Below are positions 14,580 through 26,151 of a DNA stretch of 64,000 nucleotides, piece after piece; the stretch's first letter is position 1; each line of letters opens with the position of its first letter. The notes beneath the pieces are model-generated. The model was not told where the DNA came from, did no database searches, and worked only from the letters and a program-made list of their open reading frames with translations. Location: NCBI GenBank assembly GCA_963733035.1, contig CAVTBU010000005.1, forward strand, positions 2,592,001-2,656,000, given 5' to 3'. The stretch is from Pirellulales bacterium (GTDB lineage Bacteria > Planctomycetota > Planctomycetia > Pirellulales > PALSA-1355). The position numbers and the translations under genes are program-made.

Positions 14580-15980
14580 ATGCGTGGCTCAACCATTCTT
14601 GCGAAGCATCGACCCGTCCTCGCACTGGCGATCATCTGCCTTGTCGCGACGAAATCACTGGCGGCCCGAATTCCGGACGGCGCGATTGCGGCCATCGACA
14701 AGATCGCCCAAGAGCAGGTCGACCAGAAGAAGGTCGCTTCGTTTGCGGTCGGCGTCGTGAAGGATGGCCGGCTGGTGCTCGCGCGTGGTTACGGCTTTGC
14801 GGACTTGGAGAACCAGGTGCCGGCCACCGCCGAGACGGTCTATCGTCTCGGCTCAATCACCAAGCAATTTACCGCCATGGCAATCATGCTGCTGGCCGAA
14901 GAGGGAAAGCTTTCGGTCGACGACGAGCTAACGAAGTTTCTGCCCGACTTCCCCACGCACGACAACAAGATCACCCTCCGGCATCTGCTGAACCACACTT
15001 CGGGCATCAAAAGCTACACGAGCCTGCGCAACTTTCCCAAACTTGCCCGTAGCGACTACAGCCACAACGAGCTACTCGCACTCTTCAAAGACGAACCGCT
15101 CGAATTTGAACCAGGCACGAAGTGGGGCTACTGCAACTCGGGCTACTATCTGTTGGGCATGGTGATCGAGAAGGCCAGCGGCCAGAAGTACGAGGAGTTT
15201 CTCACCGAGCGCATCTTCCAGCCCCTGGGAATGAGCGACACCCGCTACGGGCATCTGCGGCCGCTGATTCCGCGCAGAGCGATGGGCTATCGCCGTTCCC
15301 CCGAGGGTCTGGTGAACGACGACTACATCAGCATGGACGCACCGTTCGCGGCCGGGGCACTCGTGTCGACCGTGCTCGACCTGATCAAGTGGCATCAAGC
15401 CTTGGAACAGAACGCACTCCTCTCAAGCGAGTCGTACCAAGCGATGTACAAGCCGGCGAAACTGACGGGTGGCGCAACGCGGCCGTATGGCTTCGGATGG
15501 CAACTCGGCGACCTGGCCGGACACAAAAACATCGGCCACGGCGGGGGAATCCCGGGCTTCTCGACAATGATCATGCGTTATCCGGACGATCGGCTGGCGG
15601 TGATCGTGCTCTCGAACACCTCCACGGCCAACAGCGGCGCCGTGGCCAAGGAAATTGCCAAGGTGATGCTCGGCGTCGAAGACGAACCGCAAACACCGGT
15701 CGAAGACAAGCCGATCGATTCCGGGCTCCTCGATCAGCTCGTCGGCAAGTACAAGTTGGAAGAAGAGCAGGTCGAAGTCGAAATCACCACCGCCGACGGC
15801 AAGCTCTTCGGCAGTCTGAATGGCCGGCCAAAGGAGCGACTGAAATACCAAGGCGAGCGCGAGTTCGTCGTCGACAACGACGACCGGCCGCGCGTGGAGT
15901 TCACGCCCAAGGAAGGCAAGGCCGAGGGATTGCTGGTCAGCACTCCGGACGGGAAGCTGGAGGGGAAGCGAGTGGAGTAA
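14580..15980 (+). CDS. Class C beta-lactamase-family serine hydrolase with C-terminal DUF3471-like domain
   Basis: GSITK (SxxK), LLNHTSGI, YCN, HGG; signal peptide; AGGAG before ATG 14580. Confidence 0.88.
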   Translation: MRGSTILAKHRPVLALAIICLVATKSLAARIPDGAIAAIDKIAQEQVDQKKVASFAVGVVKDGRLVLARGYGFADLENQVPATAETVYRLGSITKQFTAMAIMLLAEEGKLSVDDELTKFLPDFPTHDNKITLRHLLNHTSGIKSYTSLRNFPKLARSDYSHNELLALFKDEPLEFEPGTKWGYCNSGYYLLGMVIEKASGQKYEEFLTERIFQPLGMSDTRYGHLRPLIPRRAMGYRRSPEGLVNDDYISMDAPFAAGALVSTVLDLIKWHQALEQNALLSSESYQAMYKPAKLTGGATRPYGFGWQLGDLAGHKNIGHGGGIPGFSTMIMRYPDDRLAVIVLSNTSTANSGAVAKEIAKVMLGVEDEPQTPVEDKPIDSGLLDQLVGKYKLEEEQVEVEITTADGKLFGSLNGRPKERLKYQGEREFVVDNDDRPRVEFTPKEGKAEGLLVSTPDGKLEGKRVE

Positions 15981-16204
15981 CAAACAGGGTCGATCGTCGT
16001 GGCTATCCCAGCTGATAATATTGATTTGTAAGTTAAATTCTCTTGGGTTATGATTTTAGTCGATGTGCGCCCTGCGGCCGACTGTCTCAGCGGTTCGTTC
16101 CCGCCTTTGTTTTGAATGAGGCGAAAGTCCCTGCTAATGAAAACCATCTTCAGCATGACCTAGTGGTTGTTCTGTTTGGTTTTCAGGTGGGAGCCTTTTA
16201 CCTC

Positions 16205-17344
16205 ATGATTCGTCTTTTCTCGTCTTTGCTTGCCGCGTGCCTTGTCGCACTACCCCGCATCGCCGCAGCCGCGAATTTGCAAGTCACCGATCTAGGTCCG
16301 GCGGAAAATGCTAGCGTCGGTTTGATGAACCAATTGATCACCATCAATGACTTGGGACAAGTCGCAGGAGTCTTGAACGACTCGGGAAATCCGCTCCCGT
16401 TTGTTTGGCAAAATGGCGTGATGTCCTATCTCCCGAATCTCCCGGGCGCAACGTTTGTATACACTACCGCGATTAGCGACTCCGGGCAGGTCGTTGGCTA
16501 TTCAAATGCGGCGGACGGAAAAAACCATGCAGTCACGTGGCAGAACGGCGCAATATCGATGCTACCCACAATCGACGGCCAAAATAGTATGGCATTCGGC
16601 GTGAACGATTCAGGGCAGATCGTTGGCGCAATTGGAGACTACAGTAACACGTGGCGTCCCGTATTGTGGGATGGTAATTCCATCATCGATCTCGGGGCTG
16701 CAGCCGGAACCGTCGCGTACGACATCAATAATTCGGGAGTTGTTACCGGCGGGACGCCTCTGAACACCTACTCCTCACGAAGGGCGATGGACGGTTTTAT
16801 CTGGCAAAACAGCACGCTGACCGACCTCGGTTCGCAGGGAGTCGTCGCAGGTATAGCAATCAACGACCAGGGAACCATGGCGGGAGACAACTTCATCATT
16901 GTGCCCGGCTCTTATACTTTCCATGCGGTCGTCTATCAAGACGGCGTGCTGACGGACATCGGAAAGTCTCCCGATGGACCTGCAGGCATCGCAACGGGAA
17001 TCAATGATCTCGGTCAGGTGATTGGTGTTGGGGACTTTAACGGAGCATACCCATTTATTTGGCAAGACGGCCAGAAGACGTCGCTTCGGTCGCTAAGTTC
17101 CCAAGGCAGTCCTTGGTTTGTCGACACCATATGGGACATCAACGACCACGGGCAGATAGTCGGCCTTGCATCGAATAGCGATACACGGCAAACTGAATTG
17201 GTGCTACTGACCATCCCCGAGCCACCGACGTGCCTTCTTCTGCTTTTTGGCCTGCCACTGCTGGGCATGTTCGCTGCGCGACGGAATGGTGCGCGTGGCG
17301 TCGCAGCCGCTGATCGAAAGCCGTCGGACGTACGTGGCCGCTGA
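16205..17344 (+). CDS. HAF-like extracellular repeat protein with PEP-CTERM
   Basis: Repeated IND.GQ..G / F.WQ.G units; C-terminal IPEP + TM + RR. Confidence 0.8.
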   Translation: MIRLFSSLLAACLVALPRIAAAANLQVTDLGPAENASVGLMNQLITINDLGQVAGVLNDSGNPLPFVWQNGVMSYLPNLPGATFVYTTAISDSGQVVGYSNAADGKNHAVTWQNGAISMLPTIDGQNSMAFGVNDSGQIVGAIGDYSNTWRPVLWDGNSIIDLGAAAGTVAYDINNSGVVTGGTPLNTYSSRRAMDGFIWQNSTLTDLGSQGVVAGIAINDQGTMAGDNFIIVPGSYTFHAVVYQDGVLTDIGKSPDGPAGIATGINDLGQVIGVGDFNGAYPFIWQDGQKTSLRSLSSQGSPWFVDTIWDINDHGQIVGLASNSDTRQTELVLLTIPEPPTCLLLLFGLPLLGMFAARRNGARGVAAADRKPSDVRGR

Positions 17345-17432
17345 GAAAGTCACGACTTGCCGCGTCTTTTCTCCAGCTCGATCAAGCCCAAGATGGCTTT
17401 CTCCATCTGACGTCAAGAAATCACCGTGGATT

Positions 17433-18278
17433 TTACACCGTCCCCTTAAACCCTTTCGGCAGGAAGAAATCCTGCAGCAGCTTCGCACCGGGGACGACGG
17501 AGTACTTGTCGAGGTCCGTCACGCCTTCTTCACGCAGCACGTCGCTGTCGACGTAGAAGTTGCCCGTGCACTTGCGGCTGTCGCGGGTCAGGATCGCGTA
17601 GGCGGCGTCGGCCATGATCTCGGGCGTGCGCCCCTGGTCGACCATCGTCTGGCCGCCAAGCAGGTTGCGCACGGCGGCCGTGGCGATCACGGTCTCGGGC
17701 CACAGGGCGTTGACGGCCACCCCTTGCTCGCGGAACTCTTCAGCCATCCCCAGCACACACATGCTCATGCCGTACTTGGCCATCGTGTAGGCCACATGGC
17801 CGGCAAACCAGCGCGGCTCCATCGCCAGTGGCGGCGAGATGTTGAGGATGTGCGGATTCGACGCCTTCAGCAGGTGCGGCAGGCAGAGCTTGCTGGTCAT
17901 GAACGTGCCGCGGATGTTGATGCCGTGCATCAAGTCGTAGCGCTTCATCGGCGTTTCGAGCGTGCCGGTAAGGCTGATCGCGCTGGCGTTGTTCACCAGG
18001 ATGTCGATCCCCCCGAACTTCTTGACGGTCTCGTCAACCGCCGCCTGCACTTGTTCCTCAAAGCGAATATCGGTGATGCAAGCCAATCCCTTGCCGCCGG
18101 CCTTCTCGAATTCCTCGACGGCGGTGTAAGCCGTGCCTTCGAGTTTGGGGTGGGGTTCCGCAGTTTTGGCAACCACGACCACGTTGGCCCCGTCGTGGGC
18201 CGCCCGCAGACCGATTGCCTTGCCGATACCCCGACTGGCGCCGGTAATGAAAAGGGTTTTTCCTTTGAGAGTGGCCAT
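17433..18278 (-). CDS. Short-chain dehydrogenase (HSDL2/citronellol dehydrogenase-like)
   Basis: TGASRGIG, KTAEPHPKL, NNASAI, YTMAK. Confidence 0.9.
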   Translation of the reverse strand: MATLKGKTLFITGASRGIGKAIGLRAAHDGANVVVVAKTAEPHPKLEGTAYTAVEEFEKAGGKGLACITDIRFEEQVQAAVDETVKKFGGIDILVNNASAISLTGTLETPMKRYDLMHGINIRGTFMTSKLCLPHLLKASNPHILNISPPLAMEPRWFAGHVAYTMAKYGMSMCVLGMAEEFREQGVAVNALWPETVIATAAVRNLLGGQTMVDQGRTPEIMADAAYAILTRDSRKCTGNFYVDSDVLREEGVTDLDKYSVVPGAKLLQDFFLPKGFKGTV

Positions 18279-18596
18279 GATGGTTCGTTTCCGCCCGGGG
18301 TTAAGAAGAACTGGCGATAATTGGGGTGCGTCATCCTACCGCATGGTCCGGCAGACTCGCAAACGGCCACCGTCAAAGCGTTTTGAGCGCAGGATGGCGG
18401 GCGCGCAGAGGCGTCCAAATCGGCCCAAATCCTACGGCCGGATGCCCCGAGGCTCAGGCTTCCCCGATTTCGACCCTGCCACCTTGTAACGCAGTCTGTC
18501 GCTCGTTGACACCTTTTCGTAAGCCATTTACAGTAAATATGTTGCCGTTACTTGAACGACGTTCTTTGCCCATCGTCTGGGCACTTGCGAGGCACT

Positions 18597-19988
18597 GTGA
18601 CAAAGAAGGCTTGGGGTGGCGTATTTAACCAGGCGACCGACAAGCGGGTCGAGGAGTTCACTGAAAGTGTGAGCTTCGATCGCCGTCTTTATGCGCATGA
18701 CATCACGGCCTCGATCGCACATGCCCAGATGCTGGCCCAGGTTGGGCTGATCTCGATCGACGAATGCCAGCAAATTGAGCAAGCACTGGGCACTATCCGC
18801 CAGGAAATTGAGCAGGGCGATTTTCCGTTCAAGGTCGAGCTCGAAGACATCCACATGCACATCGAGAGTGCATTAATAGAACGCTTGGGCGACGTGGGGC
18901 GCAAGCTTCACACGGCGCGCAGTCGCAACGATCAAGTCTCCACCGATCTCCGGCTTTGGGTGCGCGATTCGATCGACGAGATCGACGACCGCTTGATCAC
19001 GCTCCAAAAGGCATTCATCGGCCGCTCCGAAGGCGACCAAGGGATCATCTTACCTGCCTACACGCACTTGCAGCGTGCTCAGCCGGTGCTCGCCACGCAC
19101 TATTGGCTCTGCTACTGCGAAAAATTTGATCGCGATCGCGGTCGGTTGGCCGGCTGCCGCGCTCGTGCGAACGTGCTCAGCCTCGGATCGGCGGCGGTCG
19201 CCGGCACAAGTTTGCCGATCGATCGCGACGACGTCGCCCGGCGGTTGGGTTTCGGCGCCATCGCCGGCAATAGCATCGACGTTTCCAGCGATCGCGATTT
19301 TGTGGTCGAGTTTGCCTTCGTGCTTTCGATGATCGCCGAGCACCTGAGCACCTGGGCCGAGGAGTGGATTCTGTGGTCCACTTCGGAATTCGATTTTCTC
19401 AAGTTGCCACAAACCTTTTGCACCGGCTCATCGATCATGCCGCAAAAGGTCAATCCCGACGTGCTGGAATTGATCCGAGGCAAAACCGCCCGCGTGATCG
19501 GGAACCTGACATCGCTGCTCGTGCTCATCAAGGGCTTGCCACTGGCGTACAATCGCGACTTGCAGGAGGACAAGCCGCGTATCTTCGACTCGTTCGACGC
19601 CGTCAATGCCTGTCTGCAACTCGCGGCGCCGCTGGTCGCCGCGGCGGAGCTCAATCGCGAAAACATCGCGGCGAGGCTCGACCGTGGACATCTCGATGCC
19701 ACGACACTCATGGAATACCTGATTGGTCGCGGCGTGCCACAACGCACGGCTCACGGTGTGGTTGGAAAACTCGTTCGCAAGGCGCTCGATCGCGGCGTTC
19801 GGCTGGCCGATTTGTCGCTTGACGATTTCCAAGCAGCCGATCCCAGTCTGGACGAGGGCGTATTCGATGTGCTGGGTGTCGAACAGTCGATCGGGGCCTT
19901 CAAGAGCTACGGTTCTACCGCTCCCGACCAGGTGGCCGAACAATTGTTCCAATGGAAGCAAAAGCTGACCATCAACCCAGTCAGTTGA
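18597..19988 (+). CDS. argH: Argininosuccinate lyase
   Basis: WGG.F, EDIH, LHTARSRNDQ, YTHLQRAQP, GSSIMPQK.NPD, YNRDLQEDK; GTG start with GAGG. Confidence 0.96.
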   Translation: MTKKAWGGVFNQATDKRVEEFTESVSFDRRLYAHDITASIAHAQMLAQVGLISIDECQQIEQALGTIRQEIEQGDFPFKVELEDIHMHIESALIERLGDVGRKLHTARSRNDQVSTDLRLWVRDSIDEIDDRLITLQKAFIGRSEGDQGIILPAYTHLQRAQPVLATHYWLCYCEKFDRDRGRLAGCRARANVLSLGSAAVAGTSLPIDRDDVARRLGFGAIAGNSIDVSSDRDFVVEFAFVLSMIAEHLSTWAEEWILWSTSEFDFLKLPQTFCTGSSIMPQKVNPDVLELIRGKTARVIGNLTSLLVLIKGLPLAYNRDLQEDKPRIFDSFDAVNACLQLAAPLVAAAELNRENIAARLDRGHLDATTLMEYLIGRGVPQRTAHGVVGKLVRKALDRGVRLADLSLDDFQAADPSLDEGVFDVLGVEQSIGAFKSYGSTAPDQVAEQLFQWKQKLTINPVS

Positions 19989-20048
19989 CGGAAGCTCGAA
20001 AAACGATAGATGCACACTTCTTCGAACTCACTTCTTCGGTTGATCGCC

Positions 20049-22509
20049 ATGCATCGTTGCCACTCGCTCGCACTATCGACGTTGCGTCCCGCTTTGTGCG
20101 GGATCGCGCTGGTTCTACTTTCGTACACCGCCTCGCACGTTGCCGCACAGCCGGCGGATGACAGTCCGCCTGCGGCCGTGGACGACAACCCATTTGCCAC
20201 ACCGGCGGAACCGGGCGCCGCTCCAGCGGCCGCGGACGACAATCCGTTTGGGGCCGCCGAGCCGGCCGCCGACAATCCATTCGCCGCCCCCGCCGCCCCC
20301 GCTGCCGAAAATCCGTTTGGCGGCGAGCAGCCACCCGCAGCCGCTCCGCCAGCCGCGCCGGCCGGTGGCGAAGCGGTCGAGTCGGCCGAACCGGCCGTGC
20401 CCGACGATCCAGCGGTGCTGGCCGTACTCGAATCGCATCCGCAATCTCCCTTCGAGCTCTTGCGTGCCGTTCGAATTCTCACGGATCTCGGTCACCCCAA
20501 GCTCGCCGCGCCGTTTGTCAAACAGCTCACGGACCAGCCGCTCGATCGCGACCAGAAAGCGGCCCTCTTCCGAAAGTTCCCCTCCGCCATGTTGATGCGA
20601 ATGGCGCGTAACCCAGAACTGGAGAAGTCGCTGGGCCCGTTCATCGACGGGTTGTATCAGGCGGCCGACGAAATGCGCCGCGACCCGGCGCGGCTGGCTG
20701 AGTGGATTAAGCATCTGAGTGATCCGAGCGAAGCAGTACGCGCAAGCGACGGTGGCACTATTACGCGCTGGCGATGCGGCCGTTGCGCCCCTGGTGGCCA
20801 TACTTGCCGACCCGGCGCGAGCCAGCGAGCAGCGGTTGGCCAAGCGAATTCTCGTGCAACTGGGACAGGCGGCCGTGCCGCCGCTGCTGGGCGTGCTGGA
20901 ATCGCCGGATATGAATCTCAAGACGCAGGTCGCCGAAGTGCTCGGGGCCATGCAGGCCGAGGACGCCGTCGCGTCGCTGCTCGCGCCGTTGGTCTCACCC
21001 GAAAGCACTCCGGCACTGCACGCAATGGCCGCGGCGGCGCTCCGCCGAATTGGCGGCCGCGTGCCCGACTCGGTCGAAGCGCTCGCGTTGTTGGAACATG
21101 CGGCCAGGCGCCGGCTCGCCGAATCGCAGCGAGAAGCGGGCGATGGCGACCGCGTCGTCGAAGTCTGGCAATGGGACCGCACCAAAAAGGAGAGCGTGCC
21201 GGTCAACTACGACCCGGCGGGAGCCTCGCTGGCCTTTGCATTGCGATTGGCGGCCGACCTCCACGGACTCGATCCGCAGAGCAGTTCGCGGCGCCGCTTG
21301 TATCTGATTACCATCCTGCAGGCGGCAAAACTTGCCGGCGGGCTCGACAAACCGCTGTCGACCGAAGCGGGCACCCCCTATACGCTGGCCGCCGGATACG
21401 GTCCGAACGTCGTCGAAGACGTGCTGGCCGGTGCAATGGCCGACGGATATATTCCCGCCGCGATCGCGGCCGCGCAGATTCTGGGCGACATCGGTTCGGC
21501 CGACCAATTGGCTGCCGGCGCCGCCAAGCCCAGCACGCTGGTTCGCGCCGTGGAAAGCAACGACCGCCGGCTCCGATTCGCGGCCACATCAGCAATCATG
21601 AAGCTCTCGCCCACCCGCCCCTTTGCCGGCTCAAGCCACGTAACCGAGGCGCTGGGATTTTTCGCGGGATCCTATGGTGTTCCAAGAATCCTGATTGCTC
21701 ACCCGCTTAGCGCCGAGGGGGGCAAACTAGCTGGATTGGCTGCCGCAATGGGCTACGACGCCGACGTCGCCACGACCGGTAGGCAAGCCTACGAATTGGC
21801 AATTGCTTCGCCCGACTACGATCTGGCATTGATCCACGCGGCCATCGGTCGGCCGGCAGTGGACGAACTGGTGGCGCAGTTGCGGCGCGACCGGCGCACG
21901 GCAGAGTTGCCAGTGGGCTTGATCGCTCCGCTCAATAACACGGAGCGCATTCAAAACTACGCCCGTCGGGCGGGCAATCTGGAAGTCTTCCTGCAACCGC
22001 AAAACGACGCCGAGATGAAACTGTTCGTCGGCGATGTGCTGGCCCATGCCGGCCGCTCGCACGTCTCGGTTGAGGTGCGCCGGCAGCAAGCACTGGCCGC
22101 GATGGACTGGCTCGTCGCGCTGTCGCACGCACCGGGACGAGTGTTCGATTTGCAGCAACTCGAGTCAACGATCGTGCCGCTCATGTACGTGCCTGAAGTC
22201 GCCGGGCGCGCCATCGAGCTGCTGGCCGATATTGGCACCGAGCAATCTCAGGAGGCCCTGGTTCAATTGGCCGACAACTCCGCGCAGCCAGTGGCGACCA
22301 GGCAGGCCGCCGTCACGGCCCTGGCGCGCGGCATTCGCCGCAACGGCACGCTGCTGACGAGCGGTGAAATCTACGCGCAATACGATTTGTACAACCTCAA
22401 TGCCGGGCGGAACCGAGAGACTCACCAGGTACTCGGGGCGCTGCTCGACGTGTTCGAATATCAGGGCGATCCTCCGCCCGAATCCGCCGCGGCCATCGAC
22501 AGCCGCTAG
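20049..22509 (+). CDS. HEAT-repeat protein with signal peptide, NPF repeats and receiver-like segment; frameshift near 20730
   Basis: The start of ORF 20010-21710 joins ORF 20719-22509; AV.PL...L helical repeats. Confidence 0.7.
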
Positions 22510-22527
22510 AAACACCGCACTCGTGCC

Positions 22528-23594
22528 ATGAGCAGTTCCTTCGACGCCTTCAGCCAGGACCCGCGCGGCCCCCGATATCCGGGCTGATTGGCAATAGTCC
22601 GGCCATGCAGAAGGTCTACGCCCTGACGCGGCGCGTAGCGCGTTCGAACGCCTCGGTGCTATTGCTCGGCGAAACCGGCACCGGCAAGGAACTCATCGCC
22701 AAAGCCATTCACCAAATCAGCCAGCGGGCCACGGGTCCGTTCGTGCGCGTCAACTGCGGCGCCTTGAGCGAAAGCCTGTTGGAGAGCGAGCTATTCGGTC
22801 ACGTGCGAGGCGCGTTTACCGGCGCCATTGCCAATCGCACCGGGCGTTTCGAGGCCGCGCACACCGGCACGATTTTTCTCGACGAAATCAACTCGACCAC
22901 GCCCAAATTGCAGGTAAAGCTGCTACGCGTGCTGCAAGAACGGGAGTTCGAAAGGGTGGGCGACACGCAAACCGTGCGAGTCGACACGCGCGTGGTCGCC
23001 GCCAGCAACCGCGACCTGCTGACCGAGGTCGAGACCGGTGATTTCCGCGAGGATCTCTATTACCGTCTGAACGTGGTGCCGATCCATCTGCCGCCGCTGC
23101 GCGATCGGTCGGAGGATATCCCCGAGCTCATCGGTCACTTTCTTACCTACTACAACGAGGAAAACGACCGCTACGTCACGCATATCGATCCCAAGGCTTT
23201 ACAGCTATTGCAGAACTACCATTGGCCCGGCAACGTCCGCGAATTGCAGAACTACGTGGAACGCGCCGTGGTGATGGCCACGGGCGACGAGCTGACTTGC
23301 GAGCTGCTGCCCGATACCGTGCTGCGGGGCCCCAAAGCACGCGGCACTTCAAAGCCGCGGCCGGTCGATCTGGAATCCCTGACGTTCGAACTAGTGCAGC
23401 AGGGACTCGCCTCGGCCGGACCCCAGGAAGATAACTTGCATGCCAAGGTGGTGAATCGGGTCGAACGCGAACTGATCGCCCAAGTGATGACCGCCTGCGA
23501 TAGCATTCAGACCAAGGCTGCCACGAAGCTGGGCATCAACCGCAACACATTGCATAAAAAACTAAAAGAGTATGGGCTCGACGGCGAGGCCTAG
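22528..23594 (+). CDS. Sigma-54 enhancer-binding protein (AAA+ and Fis HTH) with no sensor domain; frameshift near 22572
   Basis: [56 protein letters not shown] is in frame upstream of ATG 22605. Confidence 0.9.
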
Positions 23595-23687
23595 GCGACA
23601 AGCCGCCGGCGCCCAGATTTCTCGGCGATGCGCGGCTTCCCGTTTTACGCCCGGTAACACTCGCCCGCGAATACCACGGAACCTTCC

Positions 23688-24634
23688 ATGGGTAGCATTC
23701 TTTCCGGCATCAGCTTGTTGTGCTTTGGCGCCAGCTACGCCGTGGCTTGGAGCCTGGAATTGCTCAGGCTGTTGGTGCGCAGCGGAGTGCGGCGGCTACT
23801 GATGTTGGGTTTCGTGCTGGCTGGTTTTCTGGCCCACACGCTCTACCTCGGATATCGCGCGGTCGAGCTATCCGCCACGCCGCTCTCCAGCAGCTTCGAT
23901 TGGTGCCTGGTGGCCGCCTGGCTGCTGGTGGCCGCATATTTATATCTTTCGTACTACTATCCGCGGGCGGCGCTTGGTTTGTACATGCTTCCGCTGGCGC
24001 TGGCGCTGGTGATTGCCGCGGCCTTTGCCGATCGCAAACCGTTTGCCGTCAGCGACGCGCTGCAAGCCTGGGGAGCCATCCATGGTATCGCGCTGTTGGC
24101 CGGAACGCTTGCCGTGATGGTCGGGTTCGTGGCCGGACTGATGTACCTTGTGCAATCCTATCGCCTGAAGCACAAGCAACCGCCCGCTCCCGGCTTTCGC
24201 CTGCCGAGCCTGGAATGGCTGGAAAAAGTCAACAGCCGGGTGATCATTCTTTCCACGCTGTTAATCGGTGTCGGCTTCCTGGCTGGTATTATTCTTAATC
24301 TGCAAGGCGGCGCGGCCGGCCGAAGCGTGCCCTGGTCGGATCCGGTAATCTGGAGTTCGGCCCTGATGTTTGCCTGGTTGGTCACCGCGGCCGTCTTCAA
24401 CGTTTTCTATCGCCCGTCGCGGCGCGGCGCAAAGTTGCCTATCTGACTGTCGTAAGCTTTGGCTTTCTGGTGCTCTCGCTGACCATGTTTTTGCTGGTCG
24501 ACAGCGAGCACGGCAGCACCGGCCCAGAACGAGACACTGCCCAGGCAGCGGCCGAGATGAACTGCGAACCGCCGCCGTCCCGCGCCATGCGACTTCAGGC
24601 GCCCACCGTCTCGAACCGAGAGGTGAGGCCGTGA
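23688..24634 (+). CDS. ccsA: CcsA/HemX-like cytochrome c assembly protein; frameshift near 24428
   Basis: Multi-TM protein, LPSLEWLE, WSDP; the corrected frame reads RKVAYLT and ends overlapping the hemA GTG. Confidence 0.75.
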
Positions 24635-25905
24635 AAGTCCAGATGATTGGCTGCAGCCATCACCACTCGTCCGTCGCCGTACGAGAACGACTGGCTTTCG
24701 GGCCGGCGCAGGTGGGCGAGGCACTCGATCGCTTGCGAGCTCAATTCCCGTTGTCGGAAGCCGTGCTGTTGTCGACGTGCAATCGCGTTGAAATCTACAC
24801 GGCTGCCGAATCGCCCGATGCTTCGCCCACGCACGAGCAAGTGGCCCAGTTCATGGCCGACTTTCACGGCCTGCCCATTTATGAGATTTTCGACGATCTC
24901 TTCGAGCGCACCGGTGAAGACGCCGTTCGGCACTTGTTCATGGTGGCGGCGAGCCTCGATAGCATGGTTGTCGGTGAACCGCAGATCCTCTCGCAAGTCA
25001 AGCAGGCCTACGAAACGGCCAAGCATCGGCAGAGCACCGGGCCGCTCACTCACGGTATCTTCCAAACCGCTGTTCGCGTCGCCAAGCGCGTGACCAGCGA
25101 AACGACTTTGCACCAGCGCCGAGTCAGCATTCCCAGCGTCGCGGTGGGAGATTTCGCAGCGCAGATCTTCGAGCAATTCGACGACAAGGCCGTGCTGGTG
25201 ATCGGCGCCGGTGAGATGGCCGAAGAGACGCTGCGCTATCTACAAAACGAAGGGGCGCACGACGTCACGGTCGTCAACCGCAACCTGCCCCGGGCCGAGC
25301 AACTCGCCGCCCAGTGGCAAGGCCGCGCCGCCGCCTGGGAAAAGCTGCCCGAGGAGCTCGTGCGCGCCGACCTGGTCATCAGTACCACCGGTGCCGGCGA
25401 ACCGATCGTGACACTTGCGGCATACAAGAAAATCGAAGCGGCCCGTTATCAACGGCCGATCTTCATTCTCGACCTGGCAATCCCCCGCGATTTCGACCCG
25501 GCAATCGGCGATCGATTGGGGGTGTATCTGTACTCGATCGACGACCTGCAGGCCGCTTGCCAAAAGAATCGGCTGGCTCGCGACCGCGAGCTGCCCGGGG
25601 CGATTCATATCGTCGAGGAAGAGACGATGCGGTTCATGGTCGACTTGCATCACCGGACCACCGCACCGATTATCAAGCGATTGAAAGACGGCTGGCAACA
25701 GCCCAAAGAGGACGAGCTGCGCCGACTCTTCAACAAGCTCCCCGAGCTTGACGACAAAACTCGGGCGGAAATCACCCAGTCGTTTGAACGGTTGATCAAT
25801 AAGTTGCTGCATCCACCGCTGGAGTCGCTACGAAGCGAATCGCAACAAGGTCCGCCACACGGTTTGCTGGAAGCGCTTAAGCGGTTGTTCCAGCTAAAGG
25901 ACTAG
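24631..25905 (+). CDS. hemA: Glutamyl-tRNA reductase
   Basis: LSTCNRVE, SLDSMVVGEPQILSQV, IGAGEM, DLAIPRD. Confidence 0.96.
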   Translation: MKVQMIGCSHHHSSVAVRERLAFGPAQVGEALDRLRAQFPLSEAVLLSTCNRVEIYTAAESPDASPTHEQVAQFMADFHGLPIYEIFDDLFERTGEDAVRHLFMVAASLDSMVVGEPQILSQVKQAYETAKHRQSTGPLTHGIFQTAVRVAKRVTSETTLHQRRVSIPSVAVGDFAAQIFEQFDDKAVLVIGAGEMAEETLRYLQNEGAHDVTVVNRNLPRAEQLAAQWQGRAAAWEKLPEELVRADLVISTTGAGEPIVTLAAYKKIEAARYQRPIFILDLAIPRDFDPAIGDRLGVYLYSIDDLQAACQKNRLARDRELPGAIHIVEEETMRFMVDLHHRTTAPIIKRLKDGWQQPKEDELRRLFNKLPELDDKTRAEITQSFERLINKLLHPPLESLRSESQQGPPHGLLEALKRLFQLKD

Positions 25906-26060
25906 CGGTCTGTTGAATAGTGCCGTCGTGGCATTTTTCAACCTCGCGCAGCGCGAAGTCAAGCTCCGTACCGTTCGCGAAATAACGACTTACGTCGGCT
26001 ATTTCGTCATCGCATCCCTGCGATGAACGCAGCCGGTTGAATTCTTCAACCGGCCGCCAG
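25902..26060. mobile_element. 159-bp MITE/REPIN-like element, copy 1
   Basis: Reverse-complement match to 36617-36775; imperfect terminal IRs ctagcggtctgttgaa..ttcaaccggccgccag; internal hairpins. Confidence 0.75.
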
Positions 26061-26074
26061 GCGTTTCGGCGCGT

Positions 26075-26102
26075 AAAAAAGCCCGGACGCGTTGTCCAGG
26101 CT
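26075..26102 (-). terminator. Intrinsic terminator
   Basis: Minus strand reads agcctggac-aacgc-gtccgggct then a T-run, downstream of the acidic ORF. Confidence 0.75.
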
Positions 26103-26151
26103 ATGTGGCGCTAAAATGAGACGACGGCCGACCGATCACCAGGTTAGCGGG

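Noticed and set aside
16118..16134. gaggcgaaagtccctgc resembles the RNase P GAGGAAAGUCC motif
   Set aside because: Imperfect match and no 3' P4 partner found
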